From contig OZ176057.1 in NCBI GenBank assembly GCA_964247055.1, positions 3,348,001 to 3,412,000 on the forward strand: a DNA stretch of 64,000 nt. Reading direction: 5' to 3'. The translations under genes were made by a program, and so were the position numbers. The stretch comes from Paragordius varius. Its lineage: Eukaryota; Animalia; Nematomorpha. A model generated the notes under the pieces. That model was given only the letters and a program-made list of their open reading frames with translations. It ran no database searches and had not been told where the DNA came from. How positions within the stretch are numbered: position 1 is the stretch's first letter; every line of letters starts with the position of its first letter. Of this stretch, positions 35,927 to 49,800 are shown piece by piece.

Positions 35927-36260
35927 TAAATGCAAAAAAATATCTTTATAAAATTTTTAATAACTTTGAAAGTTTAGTCATTAAAATAGGTCAATTTACT
36001 TAAAATAAGGCAAAAATTTCAATATAGCGGAATAAAAATTTAAATATGTGTTAAATATTAAAATTTTTTCCCGAAAATATGGACAGTTTCTTAATATAAT
36101 TACTAAAATTTTGGGGAAGCGAGATATAAGGTTGCAGCATGGTGGAAACAGCCAACAATCCCTATAGATTCATATATATGCAAATTTCTATGAAGGTGTT
36201 TACATGATAAAAACAACATAAATTAAATTAAGGATAATCAATGACGGTATTTGCATTATA

Positions 36261-36902
36261 TACCATTTGCACTTCAAGAGTGTCCTTGAACACTTCAAGT
36301 TGGTCCTTGAACATTTCAAGTTGGTCCTTGAACAATTCAAGCTGGTCCTTGAACACTTCAAGTTGGTCCTTAAAATTTATAAATTTTGATTTAACCATAA
36401 TTTTTGCATTTATTTTTTATTCTATTATTTATTAACCTAAATTTCTTTATTTATTATATATTTATTTATTTATAAATAAAATTTTTTATTGAAAACCACT
36501 TTTTTTGTTTCAAATTATTTTTTTCCAATTGAACAAAATTATTGACTTTTAAATGTTTTTATTGAAAAATTTTAATTAATAACCCAGAAAATTTGTATAT
36601 TTTTTCATTTCGTGTTAAAATCTTATAAATATCCAAAATTATTTTAAGAAATTAAATACGATTTCTCAAAGATTAAAAGTTGATATCCATTTAAAATTTA
36701 TGTTAAATGATAGAAAATAGGTTAAAAACAATAAAATAGCTGAATTATTTACGATTTGATTGATAAAATTTAAAAACAAAACAAAAAAGTCAAAGGACCA
36801 ACTTGAAGTGTTCAAGGGCCAACTTGAATTGTTCAAGGACCAACTTTAAATGTTCAAGGACCAACTTGAAGTGTTCAAGGACATCTTGAAGTGCAAATGG
36901 TA
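36261..36902. mobile_element. TACCATTTGC MITE with ~110-bp TIRs built from 21-bp repeats (copy B only)
   Basis: TA-flanked; (cttgaacacttcaagttggtc)n at left and its reverse complement at right; empty site gcatgatatatacaaag at ~6076 in copy A. Confidence 0.88.
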
Positions 36903-38671
36903 TATATACAAAGAGATATACGTGTAATCTAATAAACAGGTTATTTGCATCATTATACAAAATTGTAAATAGAAATATATTATCATCACTACAATTTGTA
37001 TTATACATATAAAAGTATAAATCTAACAAATATGAATAGGTAACAGTCTCTTAATCATTCAGAGGTGATAGAAATGGTAAATGTTTTCATAATATCATAC
37101 CGTCGTTCATCATGTTTCAAAATACGTTACTACTCGTCTCACCGAAATTTTGCCGTAAATCAACTCAACTTTTTGGGAAAAACTTTTTAATGTCAAAAGT
37201 TAAAATGATAAAATTCTATTATGCAAAATCGGCATTTTTGTCTTTAGTTTAAAAAAATTAGACCATTTTGGACGGGTATAAAATATCAGGGTTTTGGAAC
37301 CCTGTATCTAAAATATATTTAATAAAAATATTGTTTTGCATTTTATATATAATTTGTGCTATATTTTAGTAATATTTATTGAAATGAAGCATGAAGCCTT
37401 CTTCAAAAATATTATTTATATTGTTCCCAAATCCTGCCATTTTATAATATGGAGAAGTTACCACAAAAGGGTGATAATTTTCTGTAATCCCTTGTATCAT
37501 TTATCTATCAGAATTATTCATTAGGGTTTTTGTGGACACATAAATTAATAAAAAAAATATTTTTATATTGGGCCTACACGCGTTCCGAAAAATCATTCCA
37601 AAGTAACATAGAATATATAATTGTTTATGAATAACACACCGCTTCATCCCCACAATTAGGCCCTAACCCGTATCAAAAGGTATATTTAGGAAAAAATCTG
37701 CAAAAATCATGGCTTTACACAATTTCTAGAAAACGTGTAGACCTAAATATTTTTTTACATATGCGAGGAATAGAATCGCTTTTTTATAACCTAGAGCTAA
37801 CTAATCTCCCCATAAAATTCCGATTCCGGCCTTTCTTAATTCGCTGAGTACGGCTTCACCCTCTGTAAAATGCATTTTACAATATAAAATTTTGAAAGTA
37901 TTTTTCGGTTTATAGCCTAAGTTCCCCGCTTTAATTAACTGATAGATAGTGTTTATCCCCTGCGAAATTCACCACATTATAAATGACGTGTTCAAAATTT
38001 TTGTGGAAATTATGAAATCATATGAATTAATTAAATTCTGTTTTAGCTTTATCCTACCATATTATTATAACGTGATCCAAACTTCTCGAAAAACTAATAA
38101 TATTTTATGAGTTCATTTAATATTGATAATTTACTCATAATGCAAAAATATAATCAGAAATATATTAATTAACCCTTGAACAGGGTCGCATCCTATCTTA
38201 GATAAGCCATTGTATGAAATAACATAAGCCGATTTATAGACCATATGAATTTAATCATTATCATAGGTATTGTATAAAATCGATAGTTAGAAGGGTGCCA
38301 GTCCCTCAATATGCCATCCTTTAAAAATTTCTAATACCAATTATCTTAATAAAATTTAATTGAAACATAATTTTAATTTTTAATATTTGAGCCAAATTTC
38401 AACTATATTATATTACTTAAAACCGAAAGGCCTTCGCTGTAAAACACGCCACTACGAATTTTTGACATAAAGGAAAAAAATATATCAATCAAAGCGCTAT
38501 CTTGTAATTAGCCTTTGGGCACAGCCCTACCCAATGTAAAATAAGCCATGGCCCTGGCATTAAATTGAGTCAATAATTGAATGTTGATTTTTTTCATTTT
38601 TAGATGAGCCAATATTTTAAATATACCCCTTGTTTAATAATTATTCCATTTTTAATAAATTACCGATTAGT

Positions 38672-38708
<37 letters not shown>

Positions 38709-38710
38709 TA

Positions 38711-39131
38711 GGTTTTTATATAATATTATATATAGAAATAGAATCGGGACACAGCAGAGTAAATAATGAATTGAAAATTTTTGTTCAAGCATATATTATA
38801 CAAAGAAATTTGATTTCCAAAAAAATTATAAATTTAAGAGTGTTTTATTGTTCATAAATACGGGTTATAGAATATGAATAATTCATCTACTGCTAGTAAA
38901 AAAAATATTATATTATATATATTATATAAATCACTGTTATTTTATTTACCCAGCAGGAGATGAAATATTCATATTCTAATTAACCCGTTTTTATAAAACA
39001 ATAAAACACTCTTATCCAAATTTTTTTGGGAAATTAAATTTCTTTGTATAATATATGCCTGGGACAAAAATTTTTAATTCATTATTTACACTGCTGTGTC
39101 CCAATTCTATATATAATTTTATATAAAAACC
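38711..39131. mobile_element. Palindromic PIF/Harbinger-like MITE, ortholog of 7810-8251
   Basis: GGTTTTTATATAA...TTATATAAAAACC termini, TTA/TGA flanks, long inverted arms. Confidence 0.72.
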
Positions 39132-39190
39132 TGATTTCTCTTCAAAAATACAAAAATTTTTTTTTACTAAATTTTGTCCGTTTATCAAAA

Positions 39191-39269
39191 ATGAAGATAT
39201 TTTTCGCCATCTTATTTGTAACAATGTGTATTTTGTTTCAATTTAAACATGCGTTCGCTGAAGACGGTG
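39191..39269 (+). CDS. Signal-peptide exon (exon 1) of secreted micro-exon gene, copy B: MKIFFAILFVTMCILFQFKHAFA-EDG
   Basis: Tail of ORF 39044-39277; G|GTAATT donor; 75-nt intron ending ttttgcag; differs from copy A by one synonymous (TTT/TTC) and one G/E change. Confidence 0.85.
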
Positions 39270-42200
39270 GTAATTGATTTTTAATATAATTTAAAAATTC
39301 ATATTTAGCATTTCCGTATATAATGTTTAAAAAATTTTTTGCAGGCTCAGACCCAGGTAATTACTTAATTTATGATATTCGAGGCTTCGATCCTTAACCG
39401 AATCAACCCAGCTCTAGAGATTTGGCGATCTCAGTTTCAATGCTTAATCTATTTTAATTTATTCATAACATTTATTTTTGATCCGGTTTTCTATAAAATA
39501 ACACTGATCAACAAGGTTTTGCACCACCCCATTATTTTTGCATTTTCTGATACCTAATGGCATGGAAAGGCCAAAACAAAAAAGAAAATTGAGGCCACCA
39601 ATAGGATTTTTCCGAAATTTAATTTTTAAATTTATATTTAATTTAAAAATAACAATCATTCCTCGTGTATATATGTTTAAATATTCAAACGCACAAGTCG
39701 ATACAAGTAATATTCCATGCATGAATAACAAAATTCTAGGCATTAAATAAGATACTAAGCAAGCTAAGAGCCAAAGTATTAAAAATCTAAAAGGGGCTTA
39801 TGTATAGTGTGATAGATTCGGGCGGCTGCACAAGCTCTGCATATCCCCCAAGCGATCCAATTATGCCAGATATGGCAAAGATAACAATAAGTAATCGTAA
39901 AGCCCGATAAGAGAGACTTGCAAGCAAAATCCAGGCAAATTGACATGTCAAATTAACCAATTCACAGAATAAAGTTAGATAAATTCTACAATTAAATTGA
40001 ATAAAAAGATTAGGTAAATACAAATGGTCCAATCCCATAATAGTAAATTCTACTAAAAGTGGCTGCACAACATCCATCTGAAATTAAAAATACAAAACAA
40101 CCAATAATTTTAAAAAATAAAGTATATCCACTAGGTATAAATAAAGGATTTTTTGTAAGAACCAACTCAAGAAAAAAAGCCTAATAAGTACTCGAAAGAA
40201 CGAAAACTAACAAAAAAAATATAGCCTATCTAAAAGCCGAAGGTTTAAACCATAGAATGCCTTTTTTAGTATTTTTTTAAAATTTTTTTATACGTATTAA
40301 AAATTCACTTGAAAGGAAAAGACTAAATTTTGATGTTTAAGTCCGTACTATTTTTTTCTCTCTGATATTTAAATGACATATTTATATTCAAAAGATAGAG
40401 TTTAAAACGCTTTATTAAATGATATTAAGTTTATAATATAATAACATTTTATTATAAAGTTATATGTAATTTTCTCTCGATTTTCTCTTGTTTTTGAAAA
40501 ATTGTAAAACCTATAATACTTCAAAATTCTGATTGGCGGGATCAAAAAATTTTTCACATTCGGTTTTAAAACACTGAAATTAGTCATAATTTAAAAGTAT
40601 GAGTGGTGGTGCTCAAAAATGTCCAAATTTGTCGACTAGTGTAATTCAAAGGTAGGAGAATCAGTTTTAATTACAATTTACCCGCTAATTTCAGTTCCAC
40701 TTTTTTTGAGCTGGTTAGATTGAAGCCTTGTTTATGATTACTTTAATACACAAATCGAAATATTTTCTATACCATTTTTCAATTAACAGCAACATTTTTT
40801 CATCCAAACGCAACAATTTTTCAAGCAAAGACAAGATTTCAATCAACAGCAACAGTTTTTAAGCAAACGCAACAACAATCAAAAAACTTGCGTTTTTAAA
40901 AATTTTTGCTTAAAAAAAATTGCGTTTGCTTGAAAGAATGTTGCGTTTAATTTAAAAAATGTTGCGTTTTATTGAAAAATGTTGCCTATGACTTAAAAAT
41001 GGTATCTAAATAATATTTTATTCTATACAGTTCAGTTTCTTCCCGGATATTTGTAATTATATATTTTATACCAACCAAAAAATAATTATGTAACAACCTT
41101 TATTATTTTGCAGACCAGTATACGAAAAAACAGCTAAATGTTGAAATGATCAATAGTGTCCTATTATTACATTATTTTGTTTATTTAATTTGGACAAAAT
41201 TTGTTTTTTAACACACGTTACTTTGTTACTAATTAACTAACATTAATGTAAATAAGCCAGCATAAATCCACATTCTAATACAAAAATGCCCAATCAAATC
41301 GTAGGGTTGAGAAAACTTGCGCCTATTACAGGGGTCAAAGTTTTTTAAAATTTAGAATTTTAAAATATTAAATTGGTTTTAAATAATCATTGATATTTGT
41401 AATATATATTGGGGTAAAGCATCTGGCTTTAACCAAATAAATCATATTAAAAAATGTGTGCAAATTTGCCACTGTCTAATACTAAGAAGTTACCACAAAA
41501 ATGGTAACATCTTTCTTGTATCATCCAAAGGCAAAAAAATAAAATCTGACAATTTTGATACTTTTATACTTGAGAATATATATTCATTTCATCAGTATAT
41601 TCATTGATATCCCCAATTTTATGGACAGTCTTAAAAACAATGGAAATTTTTGTTTTTTTTAAAGAAAAAGAGCCCAAAATGCAAAAAATTGAAAATAATC
41701 GGTTTAAATATTAAACAGTTATCCAAATAAATTAACATATTCTTAAAAGAACCTCATATATATTAAATTAATATTTAATTTTATATAGTGAAAGTAAGCA
41801 TTTTTATTTTTTAATTTCTATCCAACGAAAATTTAGTTTATTTTTAAATAAACTATTTTAACTAATATGATAAAAATGATAAAAATCTATAAGGTCCTTA
41901 AAATAAGTAATTCAAAATGTAAAATGTAAAAAATATTTTTTTAAACTCTATCCAAAAATAAAACTTTCTCTCAATTTTATACCATTTACAGCTCAAATTG
42001 ACCCTTGAACAATTAAATTATGGTTTTTAAACTAAACTCATTATTTATATGAATATCTTTATGGCATAGTTTATTATTTTTTCAGTATTGTTTTAATTTA
42101 AAAATTATTTTTAAAAAATATATAAAAATATAGGTAAATTTTAATTAAAACATATAATTTATTTTAGGGTATATTTGGATAGTTCAAGGATGAATTTGAA

Positions 42201-45200
42201 TCGTAAATGGTATATTTCAAAAGGCTTCGCGCACCGCACATTAAATTTAATAATGGGCAGTTTTGGATGATGTCACCAAAAAAACCATAGAAACGAAAAA
42301 ATCGATCGCAATACCTTATATAATATCTTTTATATCGTCTAATAATCCCTGTCTAAAGCGTTTTATATATTTTTGGTTGTTAACTTGAACTACAGGTTAA
42401 GTCGCATTTATTAGGGGCGCAGAGATAAAACATATATTTGCGCTTCAAAAGCGGTGTTTTTATTAATTGATTATTATTTACTGTAGTGGATGAGCCAGGT
42501 ATTGTATTGCCATTTGGCCTTATATAATATAACTTTTTGAACATATACCAGATCATTTCATTATTTGTTATCATTATTATTATTATAGATGAGTAAGAAT
42601 ATTTTTTAATTTGACCACAATTTTTGCTTTAAATTTTATGATATAATTACATTCATTGAATTAGATCTCATCAAATGGGTAAATTAATATATTTATAATT
42701 ACCATTATATAAAATTCTACCGAACAAATAAAATAGACGCCAAAAAATTTATTTTAAATATTTGTAGGAGTAAAGATTATAAGTAAACATAAAAATGTTA
42801 TAATTAAAAGAAAAAGATTTTACAAATATTTTTAAAAAAGCAACCAACTTTGATTTTACCATATATATAAATATTTAATTATTCACAATTTCCATTTCTA
42901 TCAGCCCCATTTTTCAATGCAAATATGTAAAGAATTAAAGTTAAATAGCATAATTCTATTTTTTATGTAGAGGCGTAGCTTTCATTTCTGGCACCCGTTG
43001 CATGAATCAATCCCTTCTATTTTAAAAATAATTAAATTTAAACCGTGGACATGACATGAGACCACTCATAGTTGAGTGATTTTTATAAATATTATAAAAA
43101 ATAATAACTTTCAAATACCTATTTTTTGAAATAAAATTAAAATAGCGCTCGGTATATCAGCCCCCTTTCCTAATTAAACTATTTTTGGCAAGTGATGTAA
43201 TTTTTTTATAATGTATAATATAATTAGGATTTTCAGTTATCTATCTTCCCCCAAAAAAATCTCCTTAACCAATTATATTTATTTATATTGATATTCTTTG
43301 CTCTTGGACTAGGAAACTATTTAATTTAATACAGTAACGATAGTTATTATTGACCTATTAGATATTTATTTGGCGAGTGTATATGTATGTTGCCATGTAT
43401 AAGTTTCATTTTATTTGTTGGAAATTTTATATTTATAACTGTCCTTTTTATCCATAATATTCTATAAGAATGAAACTAATTAAAATTAAAAGTTTAGAGT
43501 AAAAATTGAAATAATACAAGGTAAAGACATAGAGACAAATATTTTTTTGAAAGACAATTATCAAAACCTTTATTTTTTAGATATAGGTTATGATGAAAAT
43601 GGTGAAGAGATATAGACAGTAATTTTTGTAAGTATTAAACAATTATTTTAATTGCTATTACTTCATTACTTTTTCACTTTTTTGTCCTAATTTAACGTAT
43701 CTAGTTCGTTAATAATTTACTGTTCATTTTAGTTGAAATTTTATGTAACATTATCAAGTTTTAGATATAAAAAAATATTTTTTACAGTTTTGTGACTTCT
43801 AGACTCTAAAATGGGGACAGCTCCAAAACGCGCTGCAACAGCTGATAAAATAAAAATAAATTCAGTTTTACTGGTAATATGTAGCTTGAGAGCTTTTTAA
43901 AGTTAATTATCTATATTTTTAACCATATTATACATTTAATTGCCGGTTGCATTTGTGATTTAAGAAAATTATACAAAAAATGGCGGCAAAAATGTTGAGA
44001 TGAGGATTAACAATTTTACATTTTTTTAAAAATTATTTGTGTAATGCTCATAGCAGGCTAAATAAAATATATTCTCAAATTCGGCCTAATATCTTAAATA
44101 CTTTTTAAGATAATCAAATGTTAAATCGCTTTCGCATAAAATACTACCCCACAAAGTAATGGAGTGTAAAATATATTATTTACAGTCTACATTTAAATAA
44201 TTGCTTATATCACACGATTGTTGGGTAATCAAAAACGCAGTAGTTTATGGAAAAAGCAAAAAAATGTTGAATAAACAATCTTTTTTTTCCATACGCTTTG
44301 CAAATTGCCCTACTACAGTGTGAAATAAGCAACCATTAAAATGGATATTGTATTATGACCTTAATTTAAAAGTTAGGTACTAGGGGCTAAAAGTTATGCT
44401 ATTGTTAAAAACTATATTTTTCAGAGAGACCTATTCAATTTTTGTTTAAAATGGCCATTTATTTGAAATGTTTGTAATATAATGATATGAAAACCGGGTC
44501 ATTGTCATACGAGTTAAAATTACATTTAAATGAGCCATTAAACTTTTTCTTACTTAGTTAAATAAAGTAAATAATTGGATTTAAGAACTTCGGGGTTAAA
44601 CCCTATTTTGAAATTAATGTTGCACACTTAAGTATTTATATGTCAAAAGCTATATTTTAAAATTAAACAAAGCGTTATAAAATCAAGTTATCTAGTTATT
44701 GTTTTTGAAGTCTTTTCAAAATTCAGCTGTCTAAAACTCTCTTGATCAGCGTAAGGTTAATTTTATTCAAATTAGTATTATATTTAAGTCATTCAATTTT
44801 AAGCTAATAAATTTATTCTAAGATTGCACACCAGTTCCATTTCTAAGAAAATGACTAAAATTTTGAGCATCTTTTATATAAGCTACATTAAATCGGATTC
44901 GATGTAATTTGCTTTAGTTTAATAAAATTAATTTTAAAGCTTTAGCCAATATCTTTCAACATGTTAAACATTTTATATTGAGTTGCGTCGCAACGTTTTT
45001 ATGGTTTATATTAGATATCAAATTTTGATAATAATAATTATAATCATTAAAATAACGGTGGCTGAAATTTAAATTTTCTGAAAGCCAAACACACTAATAT
45101 TTTTCCAAAGAGGTCAGCTATACCGAAATATTTTATGTGTATGAAAAATTCTAATTGACACTTAATTCGTTAATTTACAAACATTTGATATTTGCAAAAA

Positions 45201-46140
45201 TTTGTGAAAGTGTGTATAAACAAATTTAAAGATAATAAATAAGTTTAAATGGCAACGATCTAGCTGACAATTGATTAATAGTTAACCTGTTTTTTTGAGT
45301 TAAAATTTGATAAAATATATACCAATGTCTATATATTTTCCAATGCAAGCTCCGAATTTTTTATGCTAAAATGCGGCCCACTAAAAGATAGGTTTTGAGC
45401 ACGATATTCTATAAATACTTATAATTTTGAAAGTTTTAAGCTCAATATGTACTTGTTTATTGACGCAATTCTCAAATGATAAAATATTTAATATATTTTT
45501 TAGTTCAATATCAAGCTAGTCATCAATAGGGTATGTTATACATAATAATTTTAAAAATTATACCTAATTTACATAAAGCAATTTCTATATGAATAAAACC
45601 TAATATTTTTCCGTTACCATATATCTTTTCCAATCAAACTCGATAGTTATTTTAATTTATTTCCTTTTAAAATTGATATTATGAGGTTTTATAAGAATAT
45701 ATGGTCACATAGTAGTTTTTATATCCCTTATTTTTATGATTTTAGTCAAAATATCTAAATTTACATTAAGGGTATAAGTTAAATAATGTTGTTCTGAACC
45801 GAATCAACATGGTAACATATTATAAAAGCCAATAAACTATAAATATAATTAAAATTATTTTAAACAGATGAATGTTGAGTTTCATTGTAAAGGTGTTTTT
45901 TAAAGCTTAAACAAATTTATATGTGATTTATTTTTGTGCCATCCATTTTTTTATATTTGCATTTTGATGTTTAGATGCATCCAAATCAAAATTTTCCATG
46001 TATCAAAATTTATATCTTGCTTAATTAATATTGCTTAAACCAATAAACAATTTGTGCTTATTCTCCCAAATAAATATTTAATAGCCTATGATATATTATT
46101 TTTTATCAACAGGATCATCTGTTTAAAACAGCCGTTATAA
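39191..46140 (+). CDS. Putative micro-exon gene for a small secreted protein, copy B (splice path and frame unresolved)
   Basis: AG/GT-flanked islands: 39191-39269, 39345-39356, 41031-41052, 41789-41793, 42487-42498, 42589-42592, 42665-42678, 42768-42782, 42905-42926, 43581-(43601 or 43618), ~45504-45530, 45746-45771, 45868-45886, 45975-45999, 46113-46140. Confidence 0.62.
39502..40641. mobile_element. Chapaev3-like non-autonomous element in intron 2 of copy B
   Basis: CACTGATCAACAAGG...TTTGTCGACTAGTG termini with TAA target duplication; absent at the matching site (~8615) of copy A. Confidence 0.78.
40770..41004. mobile_element. TACCATTT-family MITE (aacgcaaca subfamily)
   Basis: TACCATTTTTC...AAAAATGGTA; ortholog of 8749-8981. 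Confidence 0.72.
41980..42212. mobile_element. TACCATTTAC-family MITE
   Basis: TA-flanked TACCATTTAC...GTAAATGGTA; ortholog of 12200-12453. Confidence 0.78.
43683..45497. other. ~1.8-kb segment present only in copy B, containing repeat fragments
   Basis: Copy A reads cactttttgattagttcaatatc contiguously at ~14046-14069; copy B has this extra sequence, including the acagtgtgaaataagcaaccattaaaatg MITE end at ~44315. Confidence 0.65.
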
Positions 46141-47427
46141 GCGAAAGTTTTCTTTAGAATTAAAATTTTGAGTATAGGTTCATAACGTTTGATATTAGTT
46201 GGAATAATTAGTTTTCTCTACAAAAAAAAATATTATGACATATATAGAGCTTTTGTTGAAAATTACTTTGATTAAGTTTAAAACGAGATTTAATTTAACA
46301 AGTATATATGTGTAGTGAGAAAAAATTAATTACGGATTATACCCAAACTAAGTAAATTCAGAGTTATGTGACAAAGTTTTTATGAGACGTTTTTGGGGGT
46401 ATTTTAGAAAAATACCCGCAAAGTTTGATATTTTAAGCTATGATGTAATTAAATGTAACGTATAAAATGGAGTGTGGGGTAATTGTGAATAATATGACAC
46501 TATTTAGAAAAGGAGCACATAGCATTAATGCTAAAACTAAATTATCAAAATTCATATAAAGCGATGAAGGTAATAAAACACTTCACTTTAGAATGCCAAA
46601 ACCCCCATTTTCACCATGTTTCAGTGTATAAAGATTGATGTCGCTTGGTAGTATAAAAATTTGCTATATTATAGCTAAAAATGTTAAATCTCATAAGAAA
46701 TTTATTTCTTGTGAAATTCAAATTAAAAACTTTTAGACACAAATTTTTGCAGTATTTTGCCCTTATTTTGAAAGTATTTATTATTTATGGACAAATATAA
46801 TCAAAAAAGTGGTAACTAAAATCAATTAAAGATTTTCAAATTAATTAAATTAAAATTATAATATAAAATGAATAATTAATTAAAAATTCTAACTGGGCTG
46901 GTGATTATTTTAGTCCATTTCTTATTTTGTAACCCAATAAAAAATAAGGTGTATATTGACATTTCAAAATATTAAATAAATTAAAAAATTAAATGCACCC
47001 CAAAAAATCATTTATTAATTATATATACTATGATGATTTCATATAAAATTATTTTGATATGTATGGAAAAAGAATGTTGTGTATCGATTATACATAAATT
47101 AGCCCTTGACATAAAAATAAAAAATAAAAATTATTTTGAAAATTACAAGTAAAAAATTTGCCGGAAAAGTTTAAAAAATATTTGATGATTATTCGCATCT
47201 ATTATACACATATACAACTTTATCTTTGGGATTGTCAAGTTTTTTGTATTGTGTGTTTGTTTTATATTCTCCATTTGACTCATAAAAATAGGACTACACA
47301 AAAAAATATTATGATAAAATTTATGAAACATGGTATAACATGGAAACCATTTGATTTTCATATGCAATAATTATTTACTGAATTAATATTATTTAAAAAT
47401 TACTATATATGTATACATATATATATA

Positions 47428-47683
47428 ATTAAAATTCACCCTTAAATAAAATATAAGTTTTTTAAGATTAATTAAATATTACCTATATTATTACATATTT
47501 TTCAAAAATAAAAATTTTGTTTTAAATTAAATTATATAATACTGAAAAAATAATAAACAACTATGTCATAACATAAAGATATATTTTATATTAATATGAG
47601 TTATTATATTAGTTCGAAAACACATAATTTATTTTTAGGGTGAATATGAATTGTTCAAGGGTAAATTTGAACTGTAAATGGTA
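47428..47683. mobile_element. TACCATTTAC-family MITE, left end truncated
   Basis: Right end ttgttcaagggtaaatttgaactgtaaatggta; internal similarity to 59664-59933. Confidence 0.7.
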
Positions 47684-48740
47684 TATATATATATAGATAT
47701 TTTTTGAACGTTTTACCTCCGTTGGACAGTACGGTTTATCACATGGAGTTACAGGTGTCCAACCAACACTTCCGTCCATTGCTAAATACATACAAAATAC
47801 ATTAAATGGGTGTACCTATAATTATTATTAATTACAAGTAGATGAGACTTAAACGGGCCAAAAGAAAGAAGACACTAATTATTATAAGTTGCAAAAATAA
47901 TAAAATATTTAGACTTGAAAAATGTAAAGATTATAGATTTTTTTAAAAAAAATCTAAGTTTTTTGTGTTATTTGATTGGAAAAACATATATTTTTTTTTC
48001 TTCATTTTCCAGGTATCGATCGAGTTAATCTCATAGTTTAAAAAACTAAAAAGATAACCTTTGACAACTCACGGGGTTTAAATAAATTTTCTTATTTCGA
48101 AACTCCATATAGAGTTGGTTTTTGGACAAATCATTACAAAACATTTTTGATTTTATATTAGAAAATGCATTTTGCTTCCTAAATGTCTAAGCTTATTATA
48201 AGGTTATTGTTGAGATTATGTATCTTATTAAAATCAATACACACTGCGGCAAATTCGCATTCTGATAAATGATGATCCATAAAGAGATTATACGGCCTAA
48301 TACATCATTTAAATATATTAGTATACATTATTTTGCTCAACCCGATAAATTGTTACCACAGATTTATGAAAAAACTAACATAAATGCTGGATTGTTTTGA
48401 ATCAAATCATATTAAGATAACTTTGCAGATTTTCATACATAATTAGTATTCATAAATCAGTTATCTGTAGCCTGTAGTTTCCAAAGTTAAAAATAATTTA
48501 CCTTTTATAAATTTAAATCTATAGTCAAACTTCTTTTAATAATTTAATTCAATATTTTGAGCTATACCTCCCAGTGTATATAAAGGGAAAAATAAAATAA
48601 CTAACACATATTATATCCAGTTTAACCAAATTAAATGATATTAACCATGCACTGCTACTGGAATACATTCTAAATTCTTAGATATATATATCTTAATTAA
48701 AAAATATGGTTCTATACTTTTGCTCATTATTCAATAAATA

Positions 48741-49035
48741 TACGATAAAAATTGAAATTATACGGACGAAACGTAAAAAATAAAGACAAATATTTTTCAA
48801 AAACAACTATACTTATCTAAACATTAATTTTTCCCAAATAAATTATTTAATTACAATTATAAATTACTATAATTGATTGTGTTACCAATATACAACTCCA
48901 ATTCATACTTTGCAATTCTAAACAATGAGTTATAATTAAAAGAAAATCAAGACCTAAAAATTATCATTGTCTTTAGAAAAAAATATTTGTCTATATATTT
49001 TTACGTTTTTTCCGTATAATTCCAATATTCTATAT
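48741..49035. mobile_element. Tc1/mariner-like MITE related to 35656-35926
   Basis: aaaaattgaaattatacggacgaaacg ... ttacgttttttccgtataattcc inverted ends. Confidence 0.55.
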
Positions 49036-49500
49036 TATAAATTTAAAAATTTTTCTTCACCATTTTTCCCATTTTTTGCATAATTTTAAAATTTAGCTTA
49101 TTCTATGTCGAAATAGTAGCATATTTTACACTTTAAAATTACAAAACTGTACAATCTAAAAACTTTTAAATGGGTGTTTTAATGTTGAATAACTCTAAGA
49201 AGAGATAACTTTAAAATTTAAAGCTGTTGGATATTAACCCGAAATATATATATTTATATATATATATATATATTATTTATATATATATATATATATATAT
49301 TAATATGTGAAATAAAAGGTAAATAATTTCAAATATTTTAACTTTTTTTTAAATATAAAAAATTACTTAATGGCTTATCATATGTCCTTTTGACAGCCAA
49401 ATTATCGAACAAGCGAGGGTAGGCTTTAATATATTCTTTACCTAAAAAAACAATAATGGCCATAAATTAATAATTTGTCATCAAAATTTTTTTTCCAGAT

Positions 49501-49800
49501 CAGGGATGTTCACAACAGGCGCGCCCTCCCAAAATATTTATGTAGCCCGCGAGAACACATTCCAATAGAAAATTTTATGAATTATAAAAATAGACTTTAT
49601 TAAACAACTTTTGTGAATAGGGTTTTTCCGAAATTTCGGCAATAAACCAACCAGCAAAAGTTATTAAAACATACAGCATTTTTAACAGTTTAATGTATGA
49701 AATCTAAACAAATATTTATTAATTCATTCATGCCCTAGCCTCTAAGTTAAGCAAATGCAACCCGTTCATTTTTTAATGCAATGATTAGGCCCGCGAAAAC
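49501..49800. mobile_element. Probable Charlie-type hAT left-end fragment
   Basis: CAGGGATGTTCACAAC preceded by TTCCAGAT, with repeated gcccgcga motifs; partner end not found. Confidence 0.4.

Larger units (their letters stand above)
36180..46750 (+). repeat. Segmental duplication, copy B (paralog of ~6000-15300)
   Basis: Colinear with copy A; copy-specific insertions at 36261-36902, 39502-40641 and ~43683-45497. Confidence 0.95.

Noticed and set aside
36279-36372. 21-bp repeats giving SSWSLN / LEHFKLV repeat peptides (ORFs 36241-36435, 36790-37029)
   Set aside because: They are the subterminal repeats of a MITE's inverted termini, which is absent from the paralogous site.
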